Source: an uncultured Acidobacteriota bacterium
GTDB taxonomy: Bacteria; Acidobacteriota; Vicinamibacteria; Vicinamibacterales; UBA2999
Direction of reading: 5' to 3'
DNA: 64,000 nt
NCBI GenBank assembly: GCA_963827515.1
Contig: CAWHBF010000022.1
Span: 1,857-65,856, forward strand
The position numbers and the translations under genes were made by a program. Shown one piece after another: positions 21,495 through 31,220 of this stretch. The notes beneath the pieces were generated by a model, which saw only the letters and a list, made by a program, of their open reading frames with translations, did no database searches and had not been told where the DNA came from. Numbering within the stretch: the first letter of the stretch is position 1; each line of letters opens with the position of its first letter.

Positions 21495-22708
21495 CGGCGG
21501 CGGCCCCCGCCTCCGCCCCCGCGCGAGCTGCCGCGGCTCTGTTGTCCACGAGCACTGGACGAGCGTTGCGATCCTCCGCTCGAATATCCGGAAAATGCGT
21601 CCGAGCCGCTGTTTCGTTTAGGCGTTGCCTGAGTCGTGCTTCCGCTGCCGTAGCCGCGGGCTTCGGCACTGCCTGTGCGACCCGTCGTCGCGCTCTGGGT
21701 CGTAGCGCCTTGTGCCTGTCTCTGGGTCGCAGCGCCTTGTGCCTGCGCGCTCCGCTCCGTTCGTTGCGCCTGCGTCTCCGGTCGCGTTTCCTGCCGTGTC
21801 TCTTGACGGTCCGTGCGCTGCTCCTGGGCCGTGCCGGCGCGATCGGTCCTCTGCTCCGATCGGTTCTCCGCGCGATCGCCGCGATCCTCGATAACGTCCT
21901 CGCGGTGATCCATCCAATCCTCGCGAGCGTCTTCCCGATGGTCGTAGTAGTCGTCCCAGGCGTCGTTGTACATGTAGCCGCCGCCGTGCCATCCGTACGG
22001 ACCGTAGTAGTAGCTGTTGTCCATCGCCGCGCCAATCGCGATCCCGGCCGTGAACCCGATGAGGCCGGCCGCGATCGCCTCCTCGGCGTCATCGTCGTCT
22101 TCCTGGACGACGACCACCGACGGAGCCTGGGTGTACACCACCTCGGTGTTGTATTGCGGGACGTAGACGATCTGCGGATTGGTGGGCTCGATGACGATCA
22201 CTTCCTGGCCAGCTGACGTGGTCTTGGTTTGGACCTCCTGCTGCGGCGAACTCTTGAGAGTGCCAACGTTCTTCGCCTGGAGCCTCAATTTCTGAATGCT
22301 GGCAAAGACCGCGCTTCGATCCGTCGTGAACGCTTGCCCCAGCACCCTCGTCCAGGCGATCTGGGTCGCCATCTGCGAGACGACTTGAGGGAAGACCACC
22401 AACGCCACGAAGCTCGCATCGAACCCGGCCTTGACCGCGGCGTCCTGAAGGGCCGTGCCTTTCAGTTTCTGGTTGGCCTTCATCCACGTGTCGAGCTCCG
22501 CGACTTTCGCGGGGTCGGTCGCGCTCATCAGCATCTGCGCGAGCAGTTGGTCTGGGTAGAGCGCAATCGGAGCGAGCAATTGATCCATCGTGCTTGTCGG
22601 GAACGGTGCGCCCTGGGCGGCCGCCTGGACACCCGCGGTGGCCTGCTGCTGCGGCGGACCGCACGCCACGAGCACCACGACGGTTGCGGCAATCAAGCGT
22701 GAGGTCAT
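21491..22708 (-). CDS. DUF3300 family protein
   Basis: LAPIALYPDQLLAQ, IEPTNPQIVYVPQYN, low-complexity RG-rich tail. Confidence 0.88.
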   Translation of the reverse strand: MTSRLIAATVVVLVACGPPQQQATAGVQAAAQGAPFPTSTMDQLLAPIALYPDQLLAQMLMSATDPAKVAELDTWMKANQKLKGTALQDAAVKAGFDASFVALVVFPQVVSQMATQIAWTRVLGQAFTTDRSAVFASIQKLRLQAKNVGTLKSSPQQEVQTKTTSAGQEVIVIEPTNPQIVYVPQYNTEVVYTQAPSVVVVQEDDDDAEEAIAAGLIGFTAGIAIGAAMDNSYYYGPYGWHGGGYMYNDAWDDYYDHREDAREDWMDHREDVIEDRGDRAENRSEQRTDRAGTAQEQRTDRQETRQETRPETQAQRTERSAQAQGAATQRQAQGATTQSATTGRTGSAEARGYGSGSTTQATPKRNSGSDAFSGYSSGGSQRSSSARGQQSRGSSRGGGGGGRRR

Positions 22709-22851
22709 AGTTCACCCTTCAGTCGCGCCGCAGCCTCGTCGTTCAGTAACGGCCGCTGGTGGCGCAGGTCACGAAATACGGTGCTCCGCCGATGGAATCG
22801 AGTCGGTTTCCGGGGAGATCTGGAGATCCGTCGAATCTTGGGGACTGCGGT

Positions 22852-22867
22852 CGCAGAGATCGTGCCA
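22852..22867 (-). promoter_or_regulatory. sigma54 -24/-12 motif for the DUF3300 operon
   Basis: TGGCACGATCTCTGCG on the minus strand (GG-N10-GC). Confidence 0.6.
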
Positions 22868-22950
22868 GCCCCCGCCATCTTGGAGATGCTCTGAAATGCC
22901 GGAGGGCTCAACCCGGTACCCTCGAACATCGAATGCCGCAAAGCCTTGTT

Positions 22951-23006
22951 CTTCAACAGTTTCAGAGGGCCGGCGATGCCGTCCTCTCATTGGCACTCAC
23001 GGTGCT
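22951..23006 (+). promoter_or_regulatory. IHF-like site plus sigma54 motif for the lipoprotein/DASS operon
   Basis: CTTCAACAGTTTC (22951-22963) and TGGCACTCACGGTGCT (22991-23006). Confidence 0.55.
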
Positions 23007-23041
23007 CATCGAAGCTCATCCGAGTAGGACAAGAACACCAG

Positions 23042-23609
23042 ATGGACGGCCTCACCATAGCGCGTCGGCTCCGATTCAGGTGGATCACGACGCTCGCACT
23101 GCTGACGCTGGCGTCCTGCGGCGGACCGGCGGGTGGCGGCCTGAATGCCCCGACCGCCGACGGGTGGCACACCTTCGAGGGGAACATGGACTGCCTCGGG
23201 CACGCGAACGACCCTCGACCTGGGGTCGAACCATACGGCGTCGAACTTCCATCTGAACGGGACGCTGGTGCTCACCGAGGGCACGCTCGCCGTCGGCTTC
23301 CGGGCCGAGATCATCGGTCTCGTGGACAGCCAGAGCGGAATGGTTGGCCGCGCGGTGTGGACCGACGAGCGAGGCGACAAGGTGTTCAGCGAGTTGAAGG
23401 GCCAGGTTGGAACCGGCAACCGCATCGCCGGCACGTTCCTCGGCGGGTCCGGGCGCTACGCCGGGGCCATGGGGGAGTATGAATTCCAGTGGAAGTACGT
23501 CCTCACGCCCGAGGACGGCACCATGAGCGGCCGGGCCGTCGGCCTCAAAGGTCGATTGGGTGCGGGCGCTCCTTCCGGTTCAGTCCCACCGGCTGAAGGC
23601 GTCCGCTGA
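23042..23609 (+). CDS. Hypothetical beta-rich lipoprotein, frameshift ~23185
   Basis: Lipobox LASC; WTDERGDKVF, FLGGSGRYAG. Confidence 0.65.
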
Positions 23610-25030
23610 CCGCTCTCGATGTCCGTCGCCGGCGCCGACGAACGCTGATCAAGCAGGGCCTGACATTCGCCCTCGCGCTCGGCATCTGGCTGACGCCGAC
23701 TCCAGCAGGGCTCACCACTGAGGCGTGGCACCTCTTCGCCATCTTCGCGTCCGCGATTCTCTCCGTCATCCTGAACGCATTCCCCCTCGTGACCGCCGCG
23801 ATGATGGCGGTCGCGGCCGCGGTGCTCACCCGCGCGGTCACGCCCGAGAAGGCCTTCGCGGGCTTCGCGAACTCGAGCGTCCTCCTCGTCGTCATCGCCT
23901 TCCTGGTCGCCTATGGGGTGGTGAAATGCGGCCTGGGACAGCGCCTGAGTCTCCTGGTGGTCAGCGTGTTCGGCCGCTCGACACTCGGGCTGGGGTACAG
24001 CATCTTCGTCACCGATGCCGTCATCGCCCCGGCGTTCCCGAGCAACACGGCGCGCGGCGGCGTGCTGTTTCCAATCGTTCTCGCCCTCGCGCAAAACGCC
24101 GGATCGAAGCCCGACGACGAGGCCACGCGGCGGCTGGGCGGCTATCTGATGTTCTCCGGGATGGCGAGTCTCGCCGTCTCCTCGGCCCTCTGGCTCACCG
24201 CCACGTCGGTCAACCCGATCGGCGTGTCGGTGGCCGCACAATACGGTCTCACGATCAACTTCGGTTCGTGGTTCCTCGCCGCGTCGGTGCCGACGCTGAC
24301 CGCGATCCTGCTGCTTCCTCTCTTTCTGTACTGGCTGTATCCGCCCGGCGTGGCGGCTTCGCCCGGCGCCCCGGCAGCGGCCCGCGCGGCGCTACGCTCG
24401 ATGGGGCCCCTGAGCCGCGACGAGTGGATCGTGGCGGTGTCCTTCGCGCTCATGGTGACGGGCTGGGTCATGGCGACGACCTTCAACCTGAGTCTCACGG
24501 CCATCGCCTTCGCCGGCCTTGCGGCGCTCCTCGCGACCGCCGTCCTCACCGCGGATGACATCGCCCAGCAGGGAAGCACATTGGCCACCTATCTGTGGCT
24601 CGCGGTGCTGTTTGCCCTGAGCAACCAGTTGAACGAACTGGGCTTCATGAGCTACGTCGGAGATCGGCTGACCTCTTTGCTCGGAGGCATCCCGTGGCCG
24701 ATCGCATACGTGTCGGTGCTCGTGCTCTACGTCTTGATGCACTACCTTTTCGTCAGCCAGTCTTCGCAGGTCCTGGCCCTCTTCGGCGTGTTCCTGGATG
24801 TTGGCATCCGGACCGGTGTCCCTGCGCCCCTCATGGGGTTCGCGCTCCTGTTCGCCAGCAGCTACTTCTCGGTGATCACTCCCCAGGGCGGAAGCCAGAA
24901 CGTGATCTTCGTCGGGGCCGGGTACCTCTCCCAGGGCGAGTTGTACCGTCTTGGCGCTCTCACGACCGCTTTCTGCGTCCTGATTTTCTTGGTCGTAGGC
25001 ACTCCATGGCTGCTGTTCATCACCCGCTGA
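23606..25030 (+). CDS. DASS family sodium-coupled anion symporter
   Basis: PSNTARGGV, LWLTA..VNP, ~13 TM helices; frame open back to CTG at 23606. Confidence 0.85.
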   Translation: MTALDVRRRRRRTLIKQGLTFALALGIWLTPTPAGLTTEAWHLFAIFASAILSVILNAFPLVTAAMMAVAAAVLTRAVTPEKAFAGFANSSVLLVVIAFLVAYGVVKCGLGQRLSLLVVSVFGRSTLGLGYSIFVTDAVIAPAFPSNTARGGVLFPIVLALAQNAGSKPDDEATRRLGGYLMFSGMASLAVSSALWLTATSVNPIGVSVAAQYGLTINFGSWFLAASVPTLTAILLLPLFLYWLYPPGVAASPGAPAAARAALRSMGPLSRDEWIVAVSFALMVTGWVMATTFNLSLTAIAFAGLAALLATAVLTADDIAQQGSTLATYLWLAVLFALSNQLNELGFMSYVGDRLTSLLGGIPWPIAYVSVLVLYVLMHYLFVSQSSQVLALFGVFLDVGIRTGVPAPLMGFALLFASSYFSVITPQGGSQNVIFVGAGYLSQGELYRLGALTTAFCVLIFLVVGTPWLLFITR

Positions 25031-25096
25031 GGCGGCCGCTCGGCGACGAGCCTGCCTGAGCTGAGCGTTCTACGTTTTCGGGAGACGCAGGCAGGG

Positions 25097-25648
25097 ATGA
25101 AACAGATCCTGGTGGGCCTCGTCCTGGGATCGCTCGCGTCGCTCGGTTGTGGCGCGACTCCTGGGCAGGACGTTCGCTACGAGCCAACGCCGATGCCGGT
25201 CGTGCGCGCAATGTTGGAGCTGGCTGATGTCGGCCCGCAGGACCTCGTCTACGATCTCGGATCCGGAGACGGACGCATCCCGATCACCGCGGCGAAGGAG
25301 TTCGGCGCGCGTGGCGTGGGAATCGAGATCGACCCCGCCCTGGTGACCGAGGCGCAGGCGAAGGCGCGTGAGGCGGGTGTCGAGGACAAAGTGGAGTTCA
25401 AGCTCGGCAACATGTATGCGGCCGATGTCACGTCCGCCACCGTCGTGACCCTCTTCCTGCACCCGGGACCGAACCTCAAGCTGCGGGAGAAGCTGCGCAC
25501 CGACCTGCTGGCGGGTTCACGGGTCGTCTCCTACGTCTGGGACATGGGCGGCTGGACACCGGCGGAGGTTCGCCGGGTCGACGAGCATCGGATTTTCCTC
25601 TGGCGGATCCCGTCTCGTGCGAGCGTGACCTCGATGGCGCGCCGGTGA
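25097..25648 (+). CDS. Exported SAM-dependent methyltransferase-like protein
   Basis: YDLGSGDGRI, GVGIEID; signal/lipobox SLGC. Confidence 0.82.
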   Translation: MKQILVGLVLGSLASLGCGATPGQDVRYEPTPMPVVRAMLELADVGPQDLVYDLGSGDGRIPITAAKEFGARGVGIEIDPALVTEAQAKAREAGVEDKVEFKLGNMYAADVTSATVVTLFLHPGPNLKLREKLRTDLLAGSRVVSYVWDMGGWTPAEVRRVDEHRIFLWRIPSRASVTSMARR

Positions 25649-25842
25649 GCATCACGGGCCGGACCCCGGCACGCGTTTCATGTCGATGCGCGTGACTTCG
25701 TGGCCCACCGCCTGATAGCAAGTCCGCATCCACGGTGAATCTGGTCTACCTGCCGAACCTGTAACCGAGAGCTCCATTTTGGTGGCTGAGGCCACGTAAG
25801 CCCTGTCGCGAGAGCCCCTCCGCGTCACCGTATCCCATTACA

Positions 25843-25899
25843 ACACAAACAGTTACGAGGTTGGCGAGAGCCAACGACGAAATTGGCGTAAGGCTTGCG
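25843..25899 (+). promoter_or_regulatory. IHF-like site plus sigma54 motif
   Basis: CACAAACAGTTA then TGGCGTAAGGCTTGCG (25884-25899), 26 bp before the ATG. Confidence 0.65.
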
Positions 25900-25924
25900 G
25901 CGGGATTACGTTCCACCAGCCCCC

Positions 25925-28900
25925 ATGAGTCTTGTACTAGCTGTCGACCCGGACGGAGAACAGACCGAATCGCTACGCCAGATCGTGGGTCGGCACGACG
26001 GTGCCCAGCTCGTTCTCGTCAGGTCGGCGTACGCGGCGGTAGTCGCAATCAATCGTCGAGTGCCGGACCTCGTCCTGGTCAGCGAGTCGCTCGGGCCCAA
26101 GACGCAGCAGTCGGTGGTCGACCACTTCCGCGCAGTCTCGGCGACGGCCGACCCTCAGACGCTGGTCATCCCCGACCGCAAGGCACGTGGCCGAGACACC
26201 TCGCCAAAGAAACGCAAGGCGAGCGCCACCGGCCAGTGGCCGGTGGACGATGAGCATTTCGGCGCGCAGGTGGCGGCGTGCCTTGCTCGTGTCGACGAGC
26301 ACAAGCGCGCGATGGCGAAGCGCGCTGCTCCGGTCGAGCCGGTCCACGACCCTATCCTCGATCTGCTTCGCACACCTCCAAAACCTCAGCCAGCGCCAGA
26401 GGCGCCGGACGTACGCGAGCTCCAGGCACCAGAGCCTGAGACGGCGCAACCCGCGGCAAGGGAACCGGAACCAGCGATACCGGCTCCGGACTTCGCGAGC
26501 CCCGACGTCTTGCCGCGCGTCGACGTTCCGCTACCCGAAGTGGTGTCGGCTCCCAGCCTGTTGCGTGTCGAAGCCCCTCCGGCCACGGTGTCGAGCAGCG
26601 TGCCCGAACTCGTGCTCCTCGACGTCCCCACGGCCGTGCGCCCCAAGACGGACGACACCGACGACGACGACATCCACGTCGACCTGGAAGCGAGAGGCGA
26701 CGACCGAATCGACGCGCAGCTCCACTCGGCGCACATCGCGCTGGTGCAGGCACAGGCAGAGGCCACGCTCGCCGCAGAGCTCGAACGCGTTCGCCGCGAA
26801 GCCGCCGCGGAGCGCGTGGCGGAGATGGCCCGTCTGCAGGAGGAGGCGGACGCACGACGCCACGAGGAGGTCAACCAGGCACGCGCCAACGCTGAGTCGG
26901 ATGCGCGAAGTGCGCTGACCGAAGAACTCGCCAGGGCCCGCGCCGAAGCCGAGCAGAAGCTCGAGGCGGAGCTCGAACGCGTTCGCGTGGAGGCCGAGCA
27001 GCGTCTGGCCACGCAGCTCGAGGAGGCCGAGGCTGTTCGATTGGCCGAGGTCGAGCGGGCTCGACTGGCCGCCGAGGAATCGGCTCGCCTCGCGTTGGAC
27101 GGAGAGATCGCCCGAATCAAGGCCGAAGGCGATGCGCAACTGCGCGACGAACTCCAGCGCGCGGGTGCGGAATCCGAGCGTGCCCGCATCCGCGAGGAAG
27201 CCGCCGCGCGCGTCGAGACAGAGCTGGCACGCGCACGGCAGGAAGCGGAAGAGGCGCGCCTGGCCCAGCAGCAGGCGCAGCGGGATCTCGAGGCGACCCG
27301 CGAGGCAGCTGCCCGAGACGCCATCATCGCCGCCGAGGAGGCTGCCGCGCGGGCGGTGGAGGTCGAGGCCGAACGCGTGCGGAAGGAGGCTGACCTCCGT
27401 CTGCAGGAAGAGCTCGCGCGTGTGCGCGCCGAGGCCGAGCGGGAGCGCCAAATCCAGCGCGACGTGGAACGCGAAACCGCGGCGGCCAGAGAAGCGGAGG
27501 CACTCGAAGCCCGCGCGGCCACCGAGGCCGCCGCCGCCCGGGAGCGGGAAGCCGAAGTGGCTCGCATCCAGGCAGCAGCCGAAGCGAGACTGCGGGAAGA
27601 GCTGGCCCGCGCGCAGCAAGAGATCGAGCGCACGCAGTTGGCCGGCCAGGCCCAGCTCCAGCAAGCTCGACTCGACGCCGAGCGAGAGGCGTATGCCCTC
27701 GCGGAGGCCATGCTGCGCACCGAGACCGAGCGCGCGAGGGAACTGGCAGATCTTCGCCTGCAGGAGGAACTGACACGGCTCCGAGAGGAGGCGGAACAGG
27801 CCCGTCAGGCTGAAGGGGCTCGGCAGGCCCAGCAGGAGAGCGAGGCCGTCGACGCGATGGCCGCCCGCGAGGCCGCCGCGCGGGAGGCGCGCGCTGAAGC
27901 CGAAGCGAGTCTCGCCCGCGAGCATGAAGCCGAGATCGCACGGATCCAGCATGAAGCAGAATCCCGCTTGCACGCCGAGCTGGCCCGGATGCGCGAGGAG
28001 GCGGCGCTCGAGCAAGTAGCCGGTCTGGCCCAGCTCGAAGCCGAACGCGAAGCGCTGGCCCGAGCCGAAGCGAAGCTCCAGGCCGAAGCCGAGGAAGCCA
28101 AGAGAACGGCCGACGCCCGCCTCGAGGAAGAACTGGCGCGCCTGCGCGCCGAGGCAGAACAGGCGCGGCAAGCGCAGCGGGAGATGGCGGTTGACGCCAT
28201 GGCTGCCCGTGAGGCCGCCGCTCTCAAGGCGCGTGCCGATGCCGAGGCGGCGCTCGCCCGTGAGCACGACGCAGAGATCGCCCGCATCCAACAGGAAGCG
28301 GATGCCCGGCTGCACGCGGAGCTCATGCGCGCCCGTCAGGAGATCGAACGCGCGGAAACTGACGGGCGGGCCAAGCTGGAGCAAGCGCGACAGGACGCCG
28401 AGCTCGAGGCGCGAGCGCGCGCCGAGACGCTGCTGCAGGCGGAGGCCGAGCGCGCGAGACAGGCGGCCGATGCCCACTTGCAGGAGGAGCTCGCGCGTCT
28501 ACGCGCCGAAGCAGAAGAGGCGCGGCACGCCAAACTGGAAACCGAGGTCGATGCCGCAGCGGCCCTCGCGGCCGCCGCACGCGAAGCTCGCGCCGAGGCC
28601 GAGGCGGCCCTGAACCGCGAGCATGATGCCGAGATCGCACGTATCCAGCAAGAGGCTGAATCCCGCCTCCGAGCGGAGATGGAGCGCGCCCGTCAGGAGA
28701 TCGAACTCGCGCAGGTCGCCGGGCAGGCCCATCTCGAGCAAGCGCGACTCGATGCGGAGCTGGAAGCCCGCGCCCGCGCCGACGAGCTGCTGCAGGCCGA
28801 GATCGAGCGCGCGAGACAGGCGGCCGACGCCCGTTTGGAAGACGAGCTGGCACGGCTGCGCGTCGAAGCGGAAGGGGCGCGGAACGCCACACTCGAAAGC

Positions 28901-30268
28901 GAGATCGACGCCGCGACGGCCCGCGCGGTCGCCACTCGCGAGGCCCGCGCCGAGGCCGAAGCGGCCCTGGCCCGCCAGCATGACGCCGAGATCGCACGTA
29001 TTCAGCAAGAGGCGGAATCCCGCCTCCGAGCGGAGATGGAGCGCGCCCGTCAGGAGATCGAACTCGCGCAGGTTGCCGGGCAGGCCCAACTCGAGCAAGC
29101 GCGACTCGATGCCGAACTGGAGGCCCGCGCCCGCGCCGACCAGATGCTGCAGGGTGAGATCGAGCGTGCGCGAGTGGAGGCCAGCGCGCGTCTCGACGCA
29201 GAAATCGCGGCCGTGCGAGCCGATGCCGAGCGGCAGCGGGTCGCCGAGCTGGCAGAAATTCGCGCGCACCTGGCCGAAGCGGAAGAACGCGCCGCCGCAC
29301 AGGCTCGCTCGGCGGCAGCAGGGATGATCTCGACGCAGGTCGCGCGCGCCGAGGCGTCGATCCAGATGGCCACGCGGGTGGCCCCACGGCCGGGTCGCCC
29401 CGCCACGGCGTCGACGAAGCGAATCGCCACGAAGGCCATCAGCAGGACCGCTTCCCTGCGACAGGCGTGGGACCGCATCCCCACCTACACACTCCCAACG
29501 GCAGCAGGCATTCTGCTGGCCGCGAGCGCGATGGGGTTTCTGAACCCACTCTCTTCGGCCACCAGGGCGGTGCCGGTCGCACCGCCGGCATCGGACGTCT
29601 CCGCTACCGGCCGAGGCCGCCGCCGCCCGCTCGGCCGACCGAACCACCGTACGCCAGGAGACCCACGACCGGCGCGCGACCCTCGACCGCACCCGACGCG
29701 ACCGCGCCGCCCGCAACGGATACCCTGCCTACCGCAGCCGAGAACGGAGGAGCCGAGACCGCCGAGAGTACCCGTGGCAGACGGGGCGACGACCACCGGG
29801 ACGCTCAGGGTGTTCTCGCGAGTGCCGCTGGAGATTCAGATCGGAGATCGCCGAATCGGGTCGTCGGAGGAAGAGATTGCGCTCCCGCCAGGTCGACACC
29901 AGCTCCGGCTCGTCAACGCACGCCTGGGCTATCAGGCCGACGTCGCCGTGGACGTCCGATCGTCAGCCTTGACGACGCATATAGCAGCCCTGCCTCAAGG
30001 CCAGGTCCAGGTCGTGGCGCCGGCCGGAAGCGAGATTTGGATCGAAGGAAAGCTCGTGGGGGTCGCACCGCTTGGTGTCATGACCGTGCCGCTCGGCACG
30101 CAAGCGATCGAGGTGAAGCATCCCCAGTACGGTGACGGGAACGGGTTCGTCGAAGTTCGAAACGGCGGGGTTACGGAGATCCGCATCGATCCACGCGATG
30201 CGCTCCGCCGGCGGGCGAACGATTTCCCTCTGCCTTCACTCACGCAGCCGGGTCCGACGATTCGATAG
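25925..30268 (+). CDS. Giant protein: degenerate receiver-like domain, ~900-aa E/A/R helical repeat region, TM, C-terminal PEGA-like domains
   Basis: LVLAVDP..PDLVLVS; 119-aa repeats; PGRHQLRL and GSEIWIEG..VG.APL motifs. Confidence 0.78.
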   Translation: MSLVLAVDPDGEQTESLRQIVGRHDGAQLVLVRSAYAAVVAINRRVPDLVLVSESLGPKTQQSVVDHFRAVSATADPQTLVIPDRKARGRDTSPKKRKASATGQWPVDDEHFGAQVAACLARVDEHKRAMAKRAAPVEPVHDPILDLLRTPPKPQPAPEAPDVRELQAPEPETAQPAAREPEPAIPAPDFASPDVLPRVDVPLPEVVSAPSLLRVEAPPATVSSSVPELVLLDVPTAVRPKTDDTDDDDIHVDLEARGDDRIDAQLHSAHIALVQAQAEATLAAELERVRREAAAERVAEMARLQEEADARRHEEVNQARANAESDARSALTEELARARAEAEQKLEAELERVRVEAEQRLATQLEEAEAVRLAEVERARLAAEESARLALDGEIARIKAEGDAQLRDELQRAGAESERARIREEAAARVETELARARQEAEEARLAQQQAQRDLEATREAAARDAIIAAEEAAARAVEVEAERVRKEADLRLQEELARVRAEAERERQIQRDVERETAAAREAEALEARAATEAAAAREREAEVARIQAAAEARLREELARAQQEIERTQLAGQAQLQQARLDAEREAYALAEAMLRTETERARELADLRLQEELTRLREEAEQARQAEGARQAQQESEAVDAMAAREAAAREARAEAEASLAREHEAEIARIQHEAESRLHAELARMREEAALEQVAGLAQLEAEREALARAEAKLQAEAEEAKRTADARLEEELARLRAEAEQARQAQREMAVDAMAAREAAALKARADAEAALAREHDAEIARIQQEADARLHAELMRARQEIERAETDGRAKLEQARQDAELEARARAETLLQAEAERARQAADAHLQEELARLRAEAEEARHAKLETEVDAAAALAAAAREARAEAEAALNREHDAEIARIQQEAESRLRAEMERARQEIELAQVAGQAHLEQARLDAELEARARADELLQAEIERARQAADARLEDELARLRVEAEGARNATLESEIDAATARAVATREARAEAEAALARQHDAEIARIQQEAESRLRAEMERARQEIELAQVAGQAQLEQARLDAELEARARADQMLQGEIERARVEASARLDAEIAAVRADAERQRVAELAEIRAHLAEAEERAAAQARSAAAGMISTQVARAEASIQMATRVAPRPGRPATASTKRIATKAISRTASLRQAWDRIPTYTLPTAAGILLAASAMGFLNPLSSATRAVPVAPPASDVSATGRGRRRPLGRPNHRTPGDPRPARDPRPHPTRPRRPQRIPCLPQPRTEEPRPPRVPVADGATTTGTLRVFSRVPLEIQIGDRRIGSSEEEIALPPGRHQLRLVNARLGYQADVAVDVRSSALTTHIAALPQGQVQVVAPAGSEIWIEGKLVGVAPLGVMTVPLGTQAIEVKHPQYGDGNGFVEVRNGGVTEIRIDPRDALRRRANDFPLPSLTQPGPTIR
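27530..29290 (+). repeat. Intragenic tandem repeats, 357-bp period in the last three units
   Basis: (E/Q)HDAEIARIQQEA starts at 28262, 28619, 28976; looser units at ~27540 and ~27920. Confidence 0.85.
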
Positions 30269-30415
30269 ACCGCTTTTCGATTCGGCGTAGAGCGGAGGCT
30301 TCGCCTTCGCGTAAAGCTTCGGCGGACCGCCGTAGCCTTGGCGGAGGCGGTCAGCCTCCGCGGACACGCGCACGCTGAAGCGTGCGCTCTACGGCGAAAT
30401 GCAAATGGTCTTTAG
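30265..30415. repeat. 151-bp element copy with palindromic insert (30302-30350)
   Basis: Begins at the TAG stop of the giant ORF; same insert as 19728. Confidence 0.93.
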
Positions 30416-30438
30416 CCTGCGCGTGGCGAACGAGCCAC

Positions 30439-31020
30439 TCACCCGCCGAAGTAGGCCGGCTCACTTCCCTTCTTCCACTTGATGTTGCAGCCGAGGCTCG
30501 GCCGCTGATCGGAGGGTACAGCCTGCCCGCCGAGAAGCGCCTCCACCGCGGCCCGCAGGTCGCTCCCCGTCACTGGCAGCGGTGAGCCGGGGCGGCTCCC
30601 GTCGAACTGCCCTCGATACACCAGCTTCCCTGCGCCGTCGAACAGGAAGAAGTCCGGCGTACACGCGGCACGAAAAGCTTTGGCTACCTCCTGCGACTCG
30701 TCGACGAGATAGGGAAAGGTATAGCCGGCCTCACGGGCTTCCTGTCGCATGCCGTCCACGCCGTCATCGGGCACGGCGGTCGTGTCGTTCGAGTTCACCG
30801 CCACGACGCCAAGACCACGCCGACGAAACTCCTGCGCGGCGCGCGCGAATTCGCTGCGCACGTGCTTCACGTACGGGCAATGCGGGCACAGAAACGCCAC
30901 GAGCAGGCCCTGCGACGTCGCGGCGTCGTGCGAGGAGAGGACGGTGCCATCGAAATCGGGCAGACGAAACGGGGGAACACTGCCCCCGAGTTCCAACATG
31001 GTCGACGCAGTACGCACCAT
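30439..31020 (-). CDS. Thioredoxin-family (AhpC/TSA-like) protein
   Basis: CPHCPYV, AACTPDFF, YRGQFD, SLGCNIKWK. Confidence 0.9.
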   Translation of the reverse strand: MVRTASTMLELGGSVPPFRLPDFDGTVLSSHDAATSQGLLVAFLCPHCPYVKHVRSEFARAAQEFRRRGLGVVAVNSNDTTAVPDDGVDGMRQEAREAGYTFPYLVDESQEVAKAFRAACTPDFFLFDGAGKLVYRGQFDGSRPGSPLPVTGSDLRAAVEALLGGQAVPSDQRPSLGCNIKWKKGSEPAYFGG

Positions 31021-31126
31021 ATCGGTCAGTCTACTTCGGCATCCGCGAATCCGGATCGGGCGTACGGTCTTGGACGTGGCCAGGGGCGCTGAGAAGGCTG
31101 GCCCTCGTTCCCCATCTCGAGGAGCC

Positions 31127-31220
31127 GCGGTTTGCGTTTCGCCGTAGAGCGCACGCTTCAGCGTGCGCGTGTCCGCGGAGGCAAAGCCTCCGCTCTACGA
31201 GAAATCGAAAAGCGCTCTAA
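31127..31220. repeat. ~100-bp element copy
   Basis: Both REP hairpins present; the end overlaps the TonB receptor stop. Confidence 0.92.

Noticed and set aside
21690-21750. Short direct repeat in the DUF3300 tail (AQGA(A/T)TQ twice)
   Set aside because: Ordinary duplication in a low-complexity coding tail.
22705-22996. Short ORFs in the divergent intergenic region
   Set aside because: No family motifs; the region is better explained by promoters.
26386-29716. Long minus-strand Ser/Ala/Arg-rich ORFs
   Set aside because: Antisense to the repetitive giant protein, with no independent signals.
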